A DNA stretch of 53,479 nucleotides, filler included, from Squatina squatina (Eukaryota): the NCBI GenBank assembly GCA_031763465.1. It is 2 parts of 2 records of this genome, joined end to end, with 100 filler letters (N's around TTAATTAATTAA, not from the genome) between each part and the next. Parts side by side here need not be neighbours in the genome. Positions count along the whole stretch, not along the records: positions 1 to 22,391 come from JARFOE010000057.1; 1 more part is not named here. One strand, written 5' to 3'. The notes under the pieces are model-generated. The model saw only the letters and a program-made list of their open reading frames with translations. It ran no database searches and had not been told where the DNA came from. Made by a program: the position numbers and the translations under genes. The stretch's first letter is position 1; the number at the start of each line of letters is the position of its first letter. Of the stretch, positions 11,542 through 22,491 are shown piece by piece.

Positions 11542-11994
11542 NNNNNNNNNNNNNNNNNNNNNNNNNNNNNNNNNNNNNNNNNNNNNNNNNNNNNNNNNNN
11601 NNNNNNNNNNNNNNNNNNNNNNNNNNNNNNNNNNNNNNNNNCCCTTCTTTCCTTCTTACAATCCTGGTGCCACAAAGCAAATGATGGCCGACAGATAATT
11701 GGTTTCAAACCTCCAAATGTTTATACTGGCACACAATCACTGAAAAGGGACTAAAAAAAAAAGAAACGCAAGGACCAAAAAAGTGCTATTTGTAACGTTT
11801 GCATCAGTCACTACACATACCTATTGGCTTGATAGCACTTTCATGAAGCAAAACAGTTTTTTCTCTGTTGTACTGTGTATGTAATTTGATAAACTCAGCG
11901 ATGTAAAAAGACCTGTGGTCTTGGAAATGCGATTCAGAATTTTTTTTTTTAAGTTGCGCTTTGAGCACGTGGTGTAAATGGAGGCAAAGCCTTG

Positions 11995-12360
11995 GCTGGG
12001 GCAAGTGTTTGTGGAGTATGTCATCGAGGTGCTTAAAATGTTAACGCGATTTGATAGGATAGATACAGAGAAAGTATTTCCTCTTCTGGGGAATTCAGAA
12101 CAAGGACACAATCATAAAATTAGAGTTTGACCATTCAGGAGAGAAATCAGGAAGCACTTTTTCAGACAAAGGGCAGTAGAAATCTGAAACTCTCCCCAAA
12201 AGACTGTGGATGCTGGGTCAATTGGAGCTTTTGAGACTGAGATTAGTGTATTTTTATGGAACTGAGGTGAATTAATGGAGATGAGGTGCAGATCAGCCAT
12301 GATCTAACTGACTGGCGGAAAAGAGGGGCTGAATAGCATATTCCTCCTGTTCCTATGTGC
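11995..12360 (+). mobile_element. CR1 LINE 3' fragment
   Basis: atcgaggtgcttaaaatg...aggagagaaatcaggaagcactttttc...cagatcagccatgatcta...ctcctgttcctatgt. Confidence 0.85.
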
Positions 12361-12567
12361 TGCCTGGGTGCTGGAATTTTTGCATTGAAAGACCTCCAGA
12401 GGCAGCAACAAATAAAAATGCCAGCTTTTGTTTTGAACTGCTCCAAATGATAGCCAATCACTTGCTTNNNNNNNNNNNNNNNNNNNNNNNNNNNNNNNNN
12501 NNNNNNNNNNNNNNNNNNNNNNNNNNNNNNNNNNNNNNNNNNNNNNNNNNNNNNNNNNNNNNNNNNN

Positions 12568-14554
12568 TATGTCTCTGTCCCTGTGTCTCTGTGTCCCTGT
12601 GTTTTTGTGTCTCTGTGTCCCTGAGTTTGTGTTTCTCTGTGTCCTTGTCTCTGTGTCTCTGTGTCCCTGTGTCCCCGTCCTTCGTCTCTGTGTCTCTGTG
12701 CCTCTGTGTCCCTGTGTCCCTGTGTCTCCGGCCTTCGTCTCTGTGTCCCTGCTTCTCTGTGTCCATGTCTCTGTGTCTCTGGATCCCTGTTTCTCTGGGT
12801 CCCTGTATCTCTGTGTCTCTGTGTCCCTGTGTCCCTGTCACTGTGTCTCTGTCCCTGTGTCTTGGGATTCCTGTGTCTCTGTGTCCCTGTGTCTCCGTCC
12901 CTGTGTCCCTGGGTCCCTGTGTCTTGGGATTCCTGTGTCCCTGTGTCCCTGTGCCCCTGTGCCCCTGTGTCTCTGTGTCCCTGTGTCCCTGTGTCTCTGT
13001 GTCCCTGTGCTCCTGCTTCTCTGTTTCCAAGTCCCTGTGTCTCTGTCACTGTGACCCTGTGTCTCTGTCACTGTGTTTTTATGTCCCTGTGTCCCTGTGA
13101 CTGTGTCCCTGTCACTGTGACCCTGTGTCTCCATGTCCCTGTGTTTTTATGACCCTGTGTCTCTGTGTCCCTGTGTTCCTGTGTCTCTGTGTCTCTGCTT
13201 CTCTGTGCCCCTGTGTCCCTATGTCTTCGTGTTCCTGTGTCTCTGTGTCGCTGTCCCTGTGTCACTGCTTCTCTGTGGCCCTGTGGCCCTGTGTCTTTGT
13301 GTCCCTGTGTCCCTGTGTTCCTGTGTCTTTGTGTTCCTGTGTCTCTGTGTCCCTGTCCCTGTGTCCTGGTGTCTCTGCTTCTCTGTGGCCCTGTGTCTCT
13401 GTGCCTCTGTGTCTCTGCTTCTCTGTGTCCCTGTGTCCCTGTCTCTGTGTCTCTGTGCCCCTGTGTCTTTGTGTCCCTGTGTCCCTGTCCCTGTGTCTCT
13501 GTGTCCCTGTCTCTGTGTTTTTGTGTCCCTGTGTCCATGTGTCTTTGTGTCCCTGTGTCTTTGTGTCCCTGTGTCTCTGTCCCTCTGTCCCTCTGTGTCT
13601 CCGTGTTCCTGTGTCTCTGCTTCTCTGTGTCCCTGTGTCCCTGTGTCCGTGTGTCTCTGCTTCTCTGTGTCTCTGTGTCCGTGTGTCTCTGCTTCTCTGT
13701 GGCCCTGTGTCTCTGTCCCTGTGTACCTGTGTCCTGTGTCTCTGTGTCCGTGTGTCTCTGCTTCTCTGTGTCCCTGTGTACCTGTGTCCCTGTGCGTCTG
13801 TGTCCCTGTCCCTGTGTCCCTGTCTCTGTCCCTGTGTTTTTGTGTCTCTGTGTCTCTGTCCCTGTGTCTCTGTGTCCCTGTGTTTCTGTTTCTCTGTGTC
13901 GGTGTGTCCCTGTCTCTGTGTCCCTGTGTCCCTGTCTCTGTCCCTGTGTTGTTGTGTCTCTGTGTCTCTGTCCCTGTGTCTCTGTGTCCCTGTGTTTCTG
14001 TTTCTCTGTGTCGGTGTGTCCCTGTCCCTGTGTCTCTGCTTCTCTGTGTCCCTGTGTCTCTGTCCCTGTGTCCCTGTGTCCCTGTGTCCCTGTCACTGTG
14101 ACCCTGTGTCTCCATGTCCCTGTGTTTTATGTCCATGTGTTTTATGTCCCTGTGTCCCTGTGTCCCTGTGTCTCTGTGTCCCTGTGTTCCTGTCTCTGTG
14201 TCCTGGTGTCTCTGCTTCTCTGTGTCACTGTATCTCTGTCCCTGTGTCTCTGCTTCTCTGTGTCCCTGTGTCTATGCTTCTCTGTGTTCCTATGTCCCTG
14301 GTTCTCTGTGCCCCTGCGTCCCTGCGTCCCTGTGTCCCTGTATCTCTGTGGCTCTGTCCCTGTGCTTTTGTGTCTCTGTGTCTCTGTCCCTGTGCTTTTG
14401 TGTCTCTGTGTCTCTGTCCCTGTGTCTCTGTGTCCCTGAATTTCTGTTTCTCTGTGTCTCTGTGTCCCTGTCCCTTGTCTCTGTGTCCCCGTGTCTCTGT
14501 CCCTGTGTCCCAGTGTCCCTGTGTCTCTGCTTCTCTGTGTTTCTGTACCTCTGC
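12568..14554. repeat. Degenerate (CTGTGTCY)n low-complexity satellite
   Basis: ~8-bp CTGTGTCC/CTGTGTCT units over 2 kb, almost no A on the + strand. Confidence 0.95.
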
Positions 14555-15293
14555 NNNNNNNNNNNNNNNNNNNNNNNNNNNNNNNNNNNNNNNNNNNNNN
14601 NNNNNNNNNNNNNNNNNNNNNNNNNNNNNNNNNNNNNNNNNNNNNNNNNNNNNNCAGCCGTGGAAAGTCTCAAGCGTACTGGCGGACACCGCGTGCTCCA
14701 TCTTCAGGGACACCTGGGCGCGAACGTATGTTTAGCAAAACTGACCACCATGACATCAGTATCACCTGGAGTACCTATAATTGTCAATCACACCTAGCTA
14801 TTCACTGTGCTTGACACAGCTTGTTGCTACTAATTTGATTGGAACTGGATATTGTGCATTTTTTCAGTCTTTCCACAGGTAGACTGAAACACAAGATAAG
14901 AATTGTTAAACTACTTTATTTTACAGACCGTAGCTGATCAAATCTTAGCTGCAACTAGCTACAGAAGGAGAAAAATAATAATACCCCAAATAATTCTTAT
15001 TGGCAGGCTCGCTTAACTTTTCCCAGACAGACATCCAATTCTGACTAGCTGTGCAAGATGAGTGAGTTCCCTCTTGCTGGTCACCAGGCCAGGAACTGGG
15101 CCAGCCCTCTGATCGACAAATAGGTCTAAGGGAGAAGTATTAAACTTCAAAAATAATGGCGGACTTCAGGAAGACAATAGTTTAAGAAAGTGCTGAGAAT
15201 ATTTTAAAAATTATTTACATTTTGCTCTGATTTTACTGTTTAATATAGCATTTTATTAGAAAGGCTCATTATACTTAAATTATAATCTAGCAG

Positions 15294-15411
15294 GAATGGA
15301 ATATTAACCGTTTGACATTCGAATATGATTCTGAGCCATTTGGGAAGGAACGAGATGCAGCCATCAATAAACTGGCTAGTGAAGCTGGAGTTGAGGTCAT
15401 TGTCAAGATTT
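15294..15411 (+). CDS. Cryptochrome, vertebrate repressor type (CRY1-like, possibly cry3); exon equivalent to human CRY1 exon 3, truncated by a gap
   Basis: cag|GAA TGG: [39 protein letters not shown] versus recalled CRY1 [39 protein letters not shown]. Confidence 0.95.
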
Positions 15412-15829
15412 NNNNNNNNNNNNNNNNNNNNNNNNNNNNNNNNNNNNNNNNNNNNNNNNNNNNNNNNNNNNNNNNNNNNNNNNNNNNNNNNNNNNNNNNN
15501 NNNNNNNNNNNCCCTTTTAACCTGCCGCAGCCAATGACACTGGTCTCACCAGCGAACCGCGGTCCAATTCCAGCGGTGGCTCACCAGGAACGCAAAAAGG
15601 TGTCTTAGGGCGGCGCTATGGGGTTGGCGTGAGGCATGATGATGTTGCGCGCCTTTCCCTGGCACCAATGGCGACCCCAGCGAAGGGGCCTTTGCGTTGC
15701 TGGGGCACCATCACCAATTCAGAAAAAAAACATTTCCTCTAACCTTGCTTTAACGTCCGGGTAGTGCCACCTTTCAGCACTACCACGGCACTAAAACAGA
15801 TCAAATGGGCGGCTCAAGTGTTTACCTAA

Positions 15830-16200
15830 TTCTCTCTTAAATGTCTTGAATGCCTTGTCTTTAATCACCACTTGTGGCAGTGTAGTCCATAATCTAACAG
15901 CGTACTCCTAATCTTCCTCTTTGTGTTTCTAGTCTATGGCCCCTTGCAAACAATTCACTGAACTGTCGGATTGAACATTCACTATTTACCTTCAGAAACT
16001 CTTTTTGAATGCATCTATTGGTTTCCCCTCACCTTCTCTGTTACAGTGAATAAAGCCCAGTTTTTGTTGAAGTCTCTCCTCATAGCTTCATCCTCTGATC
16101 CTTGATATCATCCCAGTGAATCTACATTATACCATTCCCACACGCTAATCTCCTACCTATAATGGATGCCAGAATACTCTAACTGCAACCTAACCAGTAA
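15830..16200 (-). mobile_element. Old CR1 LINE fragment
   Basis: Reverse-complement CR1 3' ORF2 signature (cccctcaccttctctgttacagtgaataaagcccag...ctcatag...cagaatactctaactg). Confidence 0.65.
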
Positions 16201-16264
16201 TTCATGCACATTTTGCATTGCCTCTTTTTTTTACTCCAACATTATTTCTAACCTTACACTGCAG

Positions 16265-16416
16265 GTATTTGAGGAGCTGCTTTTGGATGCTGACTGGAAT
16301 GTAAATGCTGGCAGCTGGATGTGGCTATCTTGTAGCTCCTTCTTCCAGCAGTTCTTCCACTGTTATTGTCCTGTTGGCTTTGGACGCAGAACAGACCTCA
16401 ATGGAGACTATGTAAG
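16265..16416 (+). CDS. Cryptochrome (CRY1-like, possibly cry3) FAD-binding domain exon
   Basis: cag|GTA...AG|gtaagt, 152 bp; [50 protein letters not shown](R); FEE/DW/CSS residues are CRY1-type rather than CRY2-type. Confidence 0.96.
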
Positions 16417-16580
16417 GTAAGTGCCCAGTTGATTTTGATTCTGCTTTGATAAATCGTTAAGTATGTTAGCACAAGAAATGNNNNNNNNNNNNNNNNNNNN
16501 NNNNNNNNNNNNNNNNNNNNNNNNNNNNNNNNNNNNNNNNNNNNNNNNNNNNNNNNNNNNNNNNNNNNNNNNNNNNNNNN

Positions 16581-16775
16581 CCAAGAGGGCTGTGGAGGCT
16601 CAGTCATTGAGTATATTCAAGACAGAGATCGATAGCTTTTTCAACATTAAGGGATTTGGGGATAGTGCAGGAAAGGGGAGTTGAGGTAGAAGATCAGACA
16701 CGATCTTATTGAATGGCGGAGCAGGCTTAAGGAGCTGAATGGCCGACTCCTGCTCCTATTTCTTCTGTTATGTAA
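16581..16775 (+). mobile_element. CR1 LINE 3' end
   Basis: agagggctgtggaggctcagtcattgagtatattcaagacagagatcgatag...gaatggccgactcctgctcctatttctt. Confidence 0.85.
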
Positions 16776-17051
16776 CAATTTGGTGCAGAGGCTCGCAGTT
16801 CAGGTGCAGTGGTGCGAAGGGGTGGGGGGTTCACGAGTGTAGTTCACAACAAAGTGGGGGTGGGGAGGAACTGCTGTTTTCCTTTTTATTAATGAGCTAA
16901 AGTAGAAGCAGAATATGAGCATGTTTAATGAATGGAAGTAGGAAGGTAGCAAGAGAATTGGGCCAGCCCAACTGTACCCTGGGCCTTCTCGCTGTCACTG
17001 CAGCTCCTCCTGATGTCGGCACTAACCATCTTTTTTTTCCCTCCCTGGCAG

Positions 17052-17114
17052 TCTGACCTGGCCAATAATGAACAGCGACTGAAAGAGAAACTCCAGCTGC
17101 TCTGTCTGATGGAG
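17052..17114 (+). CDS. PSMD13: 26S proteasome non-ATPase regulatory subunit 13 (PSMD13/Rpn9)-like exon
   Basis: Branch-point-like ACTAAC at 17021, pyrimidine tract, cag|TCT...GAG|gtaaat, 63 bp, phase 0; SDLANNEQRLKEKLQLLCLME versus recalled human [21 protein letters not shown]. Confidence 0.78.
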
Positions 17115-17294
17115 GTAAATTCTGCAGTTACCAAGTTGCTGTGATAATGATACAGAATTAAGTGCAGAGCAGGGAGATGTTTAATGTGAAGTCAGCACTT
17201 CCGAGCATTGTCGCTCCTGGATTCGGGGATAATGTTCAAAAGCGGGACTTGCCTGGAAGGTGTCGCCTTTCCTGCCAGTGCAGTTACTTTGTGT

Positions 17295-17660
17295 TGGCGT
17301 AGTGGTTATGTTATTGGGCTAGTTATCCCAAGGCCCGGACTAATAATCCCGAGTACCCGAGCTCAAATCGGTAGTTTGAGAATTTGAATCCAGTTTTAAA
17401 AAAACCTGGTGGTAAAAGTGACCCGTGGAGCTGAGAGATTGTTGTATAAAACCCAAATGACTCGCTAATGTCTTTTTGGGAAGGAAACCAGCCGTCCTTA
17501 CCTATATGTGACTCCAGTCCCACACCAATGGGATTGACTCTTGACTGCCCTCTGAAGTGGTCGAGTAAGTCAGTCGGTCATATCAAATCGCTACTCGGAG
17601 CAACTAGGGTTGGGCAATAAATGCCATCAGTGCCCACATCCCAAGAATTAATTTTTTAAA
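17295..17660 (+). mobile_element. tRNA-derived SINE with LINE-derived 3' tail
   Basis: A-box-like tggcgtagtggtta head; tail gggcaataaatgcc...gcccacatcccaagaattaa shared with LINE ends at 39245-39330 (-) and 40500-40575 (+). Confidence 0.75.
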
Positions 17661-19539
17661 ATTAGAGAATGGTCGATTTTATTCAGGATACTTGATCACG
17701 CTTCATAATACTGGGTTGTTTACTTGGAACAGTTATCTATTACAATGTCCCCTGTTCAGTTTGCTACCACTGCCATTCTGCAGCTGATTACTGGGAGGGA
17801 GGTGAGAGTGGACTTCGGCTAACATGCCTGCCGGTCCTCTTATCTCCCTCTGTCTGGCCTCCCCCAGGGCAGGCTCCTTTCCCTCTCGCACTGTGCCAAG
17901 TCAGTTTGACACACCCCAATTTGTACCATCACTTTTCTTGTAAACAAGGGGACTGGCAGGGTGAACTCCTTTGCTCCATTTTATTAAAGCAAAAAAGGCA
18001 CAATAAAGATTTTAGTAAGTTGTGAAACACAGAGAATTACACTCTGCTATTAGCTGCATCCGTTAGAAGATCTATTCCTGCTGTAAGGCACTAATCTGAA
18101 TAGGAGACAGAGGGAACCAATGCTAAGGTTAATAGGTGGTTAACCTTCACAATCACAGTGATGGCGGGGGTTTAGAAAGGAGGAACCTCAGAATCACTGC
18201 TGCTTTTGGAAATTAATTGGTCTGATTTTTGAAATATGTTCCCAGAATTGAGGGTTTAACTATTGGGAAAGATTGAGCAGGTCTCTTTGGGGGTGAGGGA
18301 TGGCGGGGGCGGGGTGGGTGGTGGGAAAGACTAAGACCTGAGAGGTCTTCTAAAATTTGGAAGGGTTTCGAGAGGATTGCATGTGGAGAAACCTTCTACT
18401 GGTGGGCGAGTGTAGAACAAGGAGCAATGCATATAAGATCGTCACTAACAAATCAAATAAAGAATTTAGGAAGAACTCTTTTATGCAGAGTGGTGGGAAT
18501 GTTGAGCTTCCTGCTGCATGGAGTGCTTGAAGCATTGCTGCACTTCAGGGGAAGCTTGATGCAGACGAGGGAGAAGGGAATCGAGAGATAGGGGAGCAGG
18601 GTGGGAAGAGGTAGTGTAAGAATCTCTTTGTGAGATCTGATTCCAAATTATTTGACATTGATCCATATTGGTGGCCGTGTCTAAAACTTTATTCAGCACA
18701 AGCAAGAATCAATGCAATTACTGTATCTTAAGCAGTAGTTTACAAGGTATAATTTAGAGTTAATAAACCCTGTTTATTCCTTGGGTAAAAGTCGCAGTAA
18801 GAGTTGCCTGCACACCTCTGACCGTGCCCCAGGTCCGTATTCGTCTCTAGGTGTCTCAGAGAATTCCCTGAATTCTGCTCTGTTTTCTACGTTTAACCCC
18901 TGCTGGGGTCCCTCTCTTATACCGTTTCCTTCAATTCAAACCTATGGCTTTTCTTTGGACCCATCGCCGATTTTACACTCAACCTTCCTTTCTCCCCTGA
19001 TAGGCCCTCTCTTCTCTGACCTCTTCTGTTACTTTCCACTGAAAAACACCTATTTCAAGAGACGTTATTGTTGCACAGGGGCCTCTTGTCTGTCCTTTAT
19101 CAGTCTAGTTTCTATGGTTGAGCAGATCTCAGCCCCAGCTGCGTCTTGTTTTCCTCAAGCCGTTACATCTCCTGTCTTTACAAGGTCTGTGACTTTATGC
19201 CTTTTCAATGTGTTTTGTTCACTTGTAGTCTGTGTGATAAAAATGTCTGCTCTTTAATAGTCAAACTAATCAGTATTTTTCCCATCTGCTTTTTTGCTAA
19301 GCTGGTTACTTTGCCTTGTAAGCTAACTATGATTGTCTACATATGTGTGTATAAAGGAAATAATTATTAATTAACAAATCACCTAAGCAAGTAGTAGCAG
19401 TAGTTGGGGAGGAGGCTCGGGTGGAGTATAAACGAATATCAGTTGGGCCAAATGGCCTGGTTCTGTGCTGTAGATTCTATGCAACCCATATTCAATTTGT
19501 TGGATGTGTGATTTTACATTTTTGACTGTTGCAGAATAT

Positions 19540-20110
19540 TTATTTGAAATCACAATGATTAGGCAGAGTCAACACAGTTTTATGAATGGTTTATCGTGTT
19601 TTATAAATCTATTATTTTGATGGGGTAACAGGCAGGGTAGATAAGGGGGAACCAGTGAATGTAGTAAATTTGGATTTTCAGAAGGCATTTGATAAGGTGC
19701 AACACAAGATTAGGGCTCATGGGTTTGGAGTTAATATATTAGCATGGACTGAAGATTGGTTAATAAACAAAAAACAGGAATAAACGGGTCATTTTCGGGA
19801 TAGTAATGTGTAACTAGTGGATTGCCGCATGGATCAGTACTTGGGCCTCAGCTGTTTACAGTCTATATCAATAACTTGGATGAGGGGATCGAGAGTAATG
19901 TATCCATGTTTGCTGATGTAACAAAGCTAGGTGGGAAAGTAAGTTGTGAGGAGTCGCAAACAGGCTACAAAGGGATATGTTGACTGGTTAAGTGAGTGGG
20001 CAAGAAGGGGGCAGATGAAGTATAATGTGGGGAAGTGTGAAATTATCCACTTTGATAGGAAGAATGGAAAAGCAGAATATTTTTTAAAAGGCGAGAGACT
20101 AGTAAATGTG
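19540..20110 (+). mobile_element. CR1 LINE RT fragment, degenerate
   Basis: LDFQKAFDKV, G(L)PHGSVLGPQLF, FAD(V)TKLGG, QMKYNVGKCEIIHF motifs. Confidence 0.9.
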
Positions 20111-20862
20111 TCCCTGTCCCCGAATCACAGAAAGTNNNNNNNNNNNNNNNNNNNNNNNNNNNNNNNNNNNNNNNNNNNNNNNNNNNNNNNNNNNNNNNNN
20201 NNNNNNNNNNNNNNNNNNNNNNNNNNNNNNNNNNNGTTTAGTGCTAATGAAAATTATTTCTTGATACTCAAGTGGAAAGTGATGTGTTTGAGCATTTCCC
20301 ACCTCACTGAAGCATTTTTTTCTCTGGTTCCTCCCAAGTTTAAACACATTGCCACACATGCTATTCCTCCACCTTGCAAATTCAGTACAGAAATCGAGAC
20401 TCACCATGTAGTCTCCTTCCGCTTATTGTTTCCTGGGATATGAAAACTGAAACTCCTTCAGGCTATGATAGCTCAAACTTATTGTCACTTAATGAATTCT
20501 TCCTGATTTACTTTGCCCTGTTCAGATTGCTTACTCGATGGGGGAAAATAAGAGGCAATAGGGCCACTGCTGAATACATGGAATTTCAATGAGTTATGGC
20601 AAAAACGGATTTAAACACTCCAATACATCTATGGGAAATGATGCAATGGATGTTCTGGTTTATGTATGAATTATTTTGCAGAAAAGGTGTTATTTTGTCA
20701 CAGTTCAGTTAAGATAGCATCATTTTCATGCCTGAAAAGTTTGTGTGAGAGACGATAAATGGACAGAATATGCTGTAGCTTGGTTACTAATACAGTGCAA
20801 TATCATTTCTTAAAGAAATAACTATGCCCGAATTACTTAATTTTTTTTAATGTCTCTCCTAG

Positions 20863-22391
20863 CATTTCAGGATGTATGTATCGGATTGTGCAGACTACGA
20901 GTCTGGATGGGAGGAACCTGCTGAAATTAATCCCACTTTCCAACATCCCTGGACATTACATCCCAGCTGTTCCACTTCCCGTTTCTGTTTCTGTTCCCGT
21001 TTCCACTGGTAGTACGCCTTCCAAAGTAAATGTGTCCACTGTGATCCGTGTTGCAACGCAACCTAAATCAACAGCTTGCAGTGCTCCAACAGCATGTCTT
21101 CCCGTGTTGCAGCAAACCAACACAGGAAGGTTTGTAATAACATCACTTGAAGGATCAACCAGCCATAGTGGGATGTCTCCCGTCAATCCTTCACGCGAAA
21201 ACATATTTACAGCACCAGCAGTTGCATCTTTGCAATGCCCTAGTCGAACAGCAGTTGCTTTGCCTGCTCTACCTAAGCAGAGTACCCGAGCACCTCCCAC
21301 TTTAGCTACAGACCAAAAGGCTTATAATCTGACAGCAGTTACTTTGTCTGGTCCAGCTGTACAGAAAACCCAAGCATCTTCTACTTTGCCTGTGGAGCAA
21401 AAGGCTTGTAATCTAAGAACAGTTACTTTGCCNNNNNNNNNNNNNNNNNNNNNNNNNNNNNNNNNNNNNNNNNNNNNNNNNNNNNNNNNNNNNNNNNNNN
21501 NNNNNNNNNNNNNNNNNNNNNNNNNNNNNNNNNNNNNNNNNNNNNNNNNNNNNNNNNNNNNNNNNNNNNNNNNNNNNNNNNNNNNNNNNNNNNNNNNNNN
21601 NNNNNNNNNNNNNNNNNNNNNNNNNNNNNNNNNNNNNNNNNNNNNNNNNNNNNNNNNNNNNNNNNNNNNNNNNNNNNNNNNNNNNNNNNNNNNNNNNNNN
21701 NNNNNNNNNNNNNNNNNNNNNNNNNNNNNNNNNNNNNNNNNNNNNNNNNNNNNNNNNNNNNNNNNNNNNNNNNNNNNNNNNNNNNNNNNNNNNNNNNNNN
21801 NNNNNNNNNNNNNNNNNNNNNNNNNNNNNNNNNNNNNNNNNNNNGACGGCCCTGGTCCAGGTCCAGCAGCATTTACTGCTGTTGCCAGTGGCGCAGCAGT
21901 TCCTAATGTCGAGCAGATCCAGTTTCAGGACAGTCCGATGAAGTGGGTAGTGCAGAAGAATCCTCAATCTTTAGCGCACTGCCTTATTCCAGTTAAATCC
22001 TCCAATAACTTGGCCTCGAAGATCTTAAAGAGCCTGGCTGAGCAGCAGCACGCCGAGAGCAACACAATAAACCTGGTACCATTGCCATCAACTACGACAG
22101 AAATGGGGGCCGACTTATTTTCTCCATTGAAGGAGAATGCCCTGGTTATGTACAACGGTAAAGTCTACCTAGTCGTCCAGAAGAACGGTGGAGTACACAG
22201 TCCGTGCCCCGAGAGTGTCTCCGCTTCCGTGAGCCATACAGACAAAGAGAATGCCTTGGCTGCCGTTTTACCACCGACCAATTTACTCACCAAAATCAAA
22301 GAGGAACCAGAGGACCCTGAATCTGAACCTGTCGAGCAGAAGGAGAACCAATTCTTAAATCGGCCCGCAGACGCCATTGGAATGGCAGACA
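20863..22391 (+). CDS. LRIF1: LRIF1 large exon 2, with an internal gap (21433-21844) and a truncated 3' end
   Basis: ctag|C ATT TCA GGA TGT ATG; ISGCMYRIVQTTSLDGRNLLKLIP, PMKWVVQ...IPVKSSNNLASKILK, PLKENALVMYNGKVYL match recalled LRIF1 conserved blocks. Confidence 0.92.
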
Positions 22392-22491
22392 NNNNNNNNN
22401 NNNNNNNNNNNNNNNNNNNNNNNNNNNNNNNNNNNTTAATTAATTAANNNNNNNNNNNNNNNNNNNNNNNNNNNNNNNNNNNNNNNNNNNN
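22392..22491. other. Artificial concatenation linker N44-TTAATTAATTAA-N44 (stop codon in all six frames)
   Basis: Palindromic 12-mer centred in exactly 100 nt; gene content switches linkage group across it. Confidence 0.92.

Noticed and set aside
8409-11684. 1091-aa poly-Leu ORF and 892-aa Arg/Ser ORF as real proteins, for example an SR protein linked to SRSF3
   Set aside because: By-products of a triplet-based simple repeat; start codons lie across N gaps; no domain or splice evidence
11966-11971. E-box CACGTG as a clock element for the cryptochrome
   Set aside because: A 6-mer expected by chance, next to a LINE fragment and separated from the cry exons by gaps of unknown size
12243-14814. 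Cys/Val/Leu-rich and TQGHRD-repeat ORFs
   Set aside because: Translations of the CTGTGTCY satellite, open in many frames on both strands
18289-18325. G-quadruplex-forming G-run cluster
   Set aside because: Lies within a decayed CR1 fragment; such runs are common and nothing suggests function
20876-22447. ORF-track stop of LRIF1 at 22447 (...LIN*)
   Set aside because: The stop comes from the synthetic TTAATTAATTAA linker
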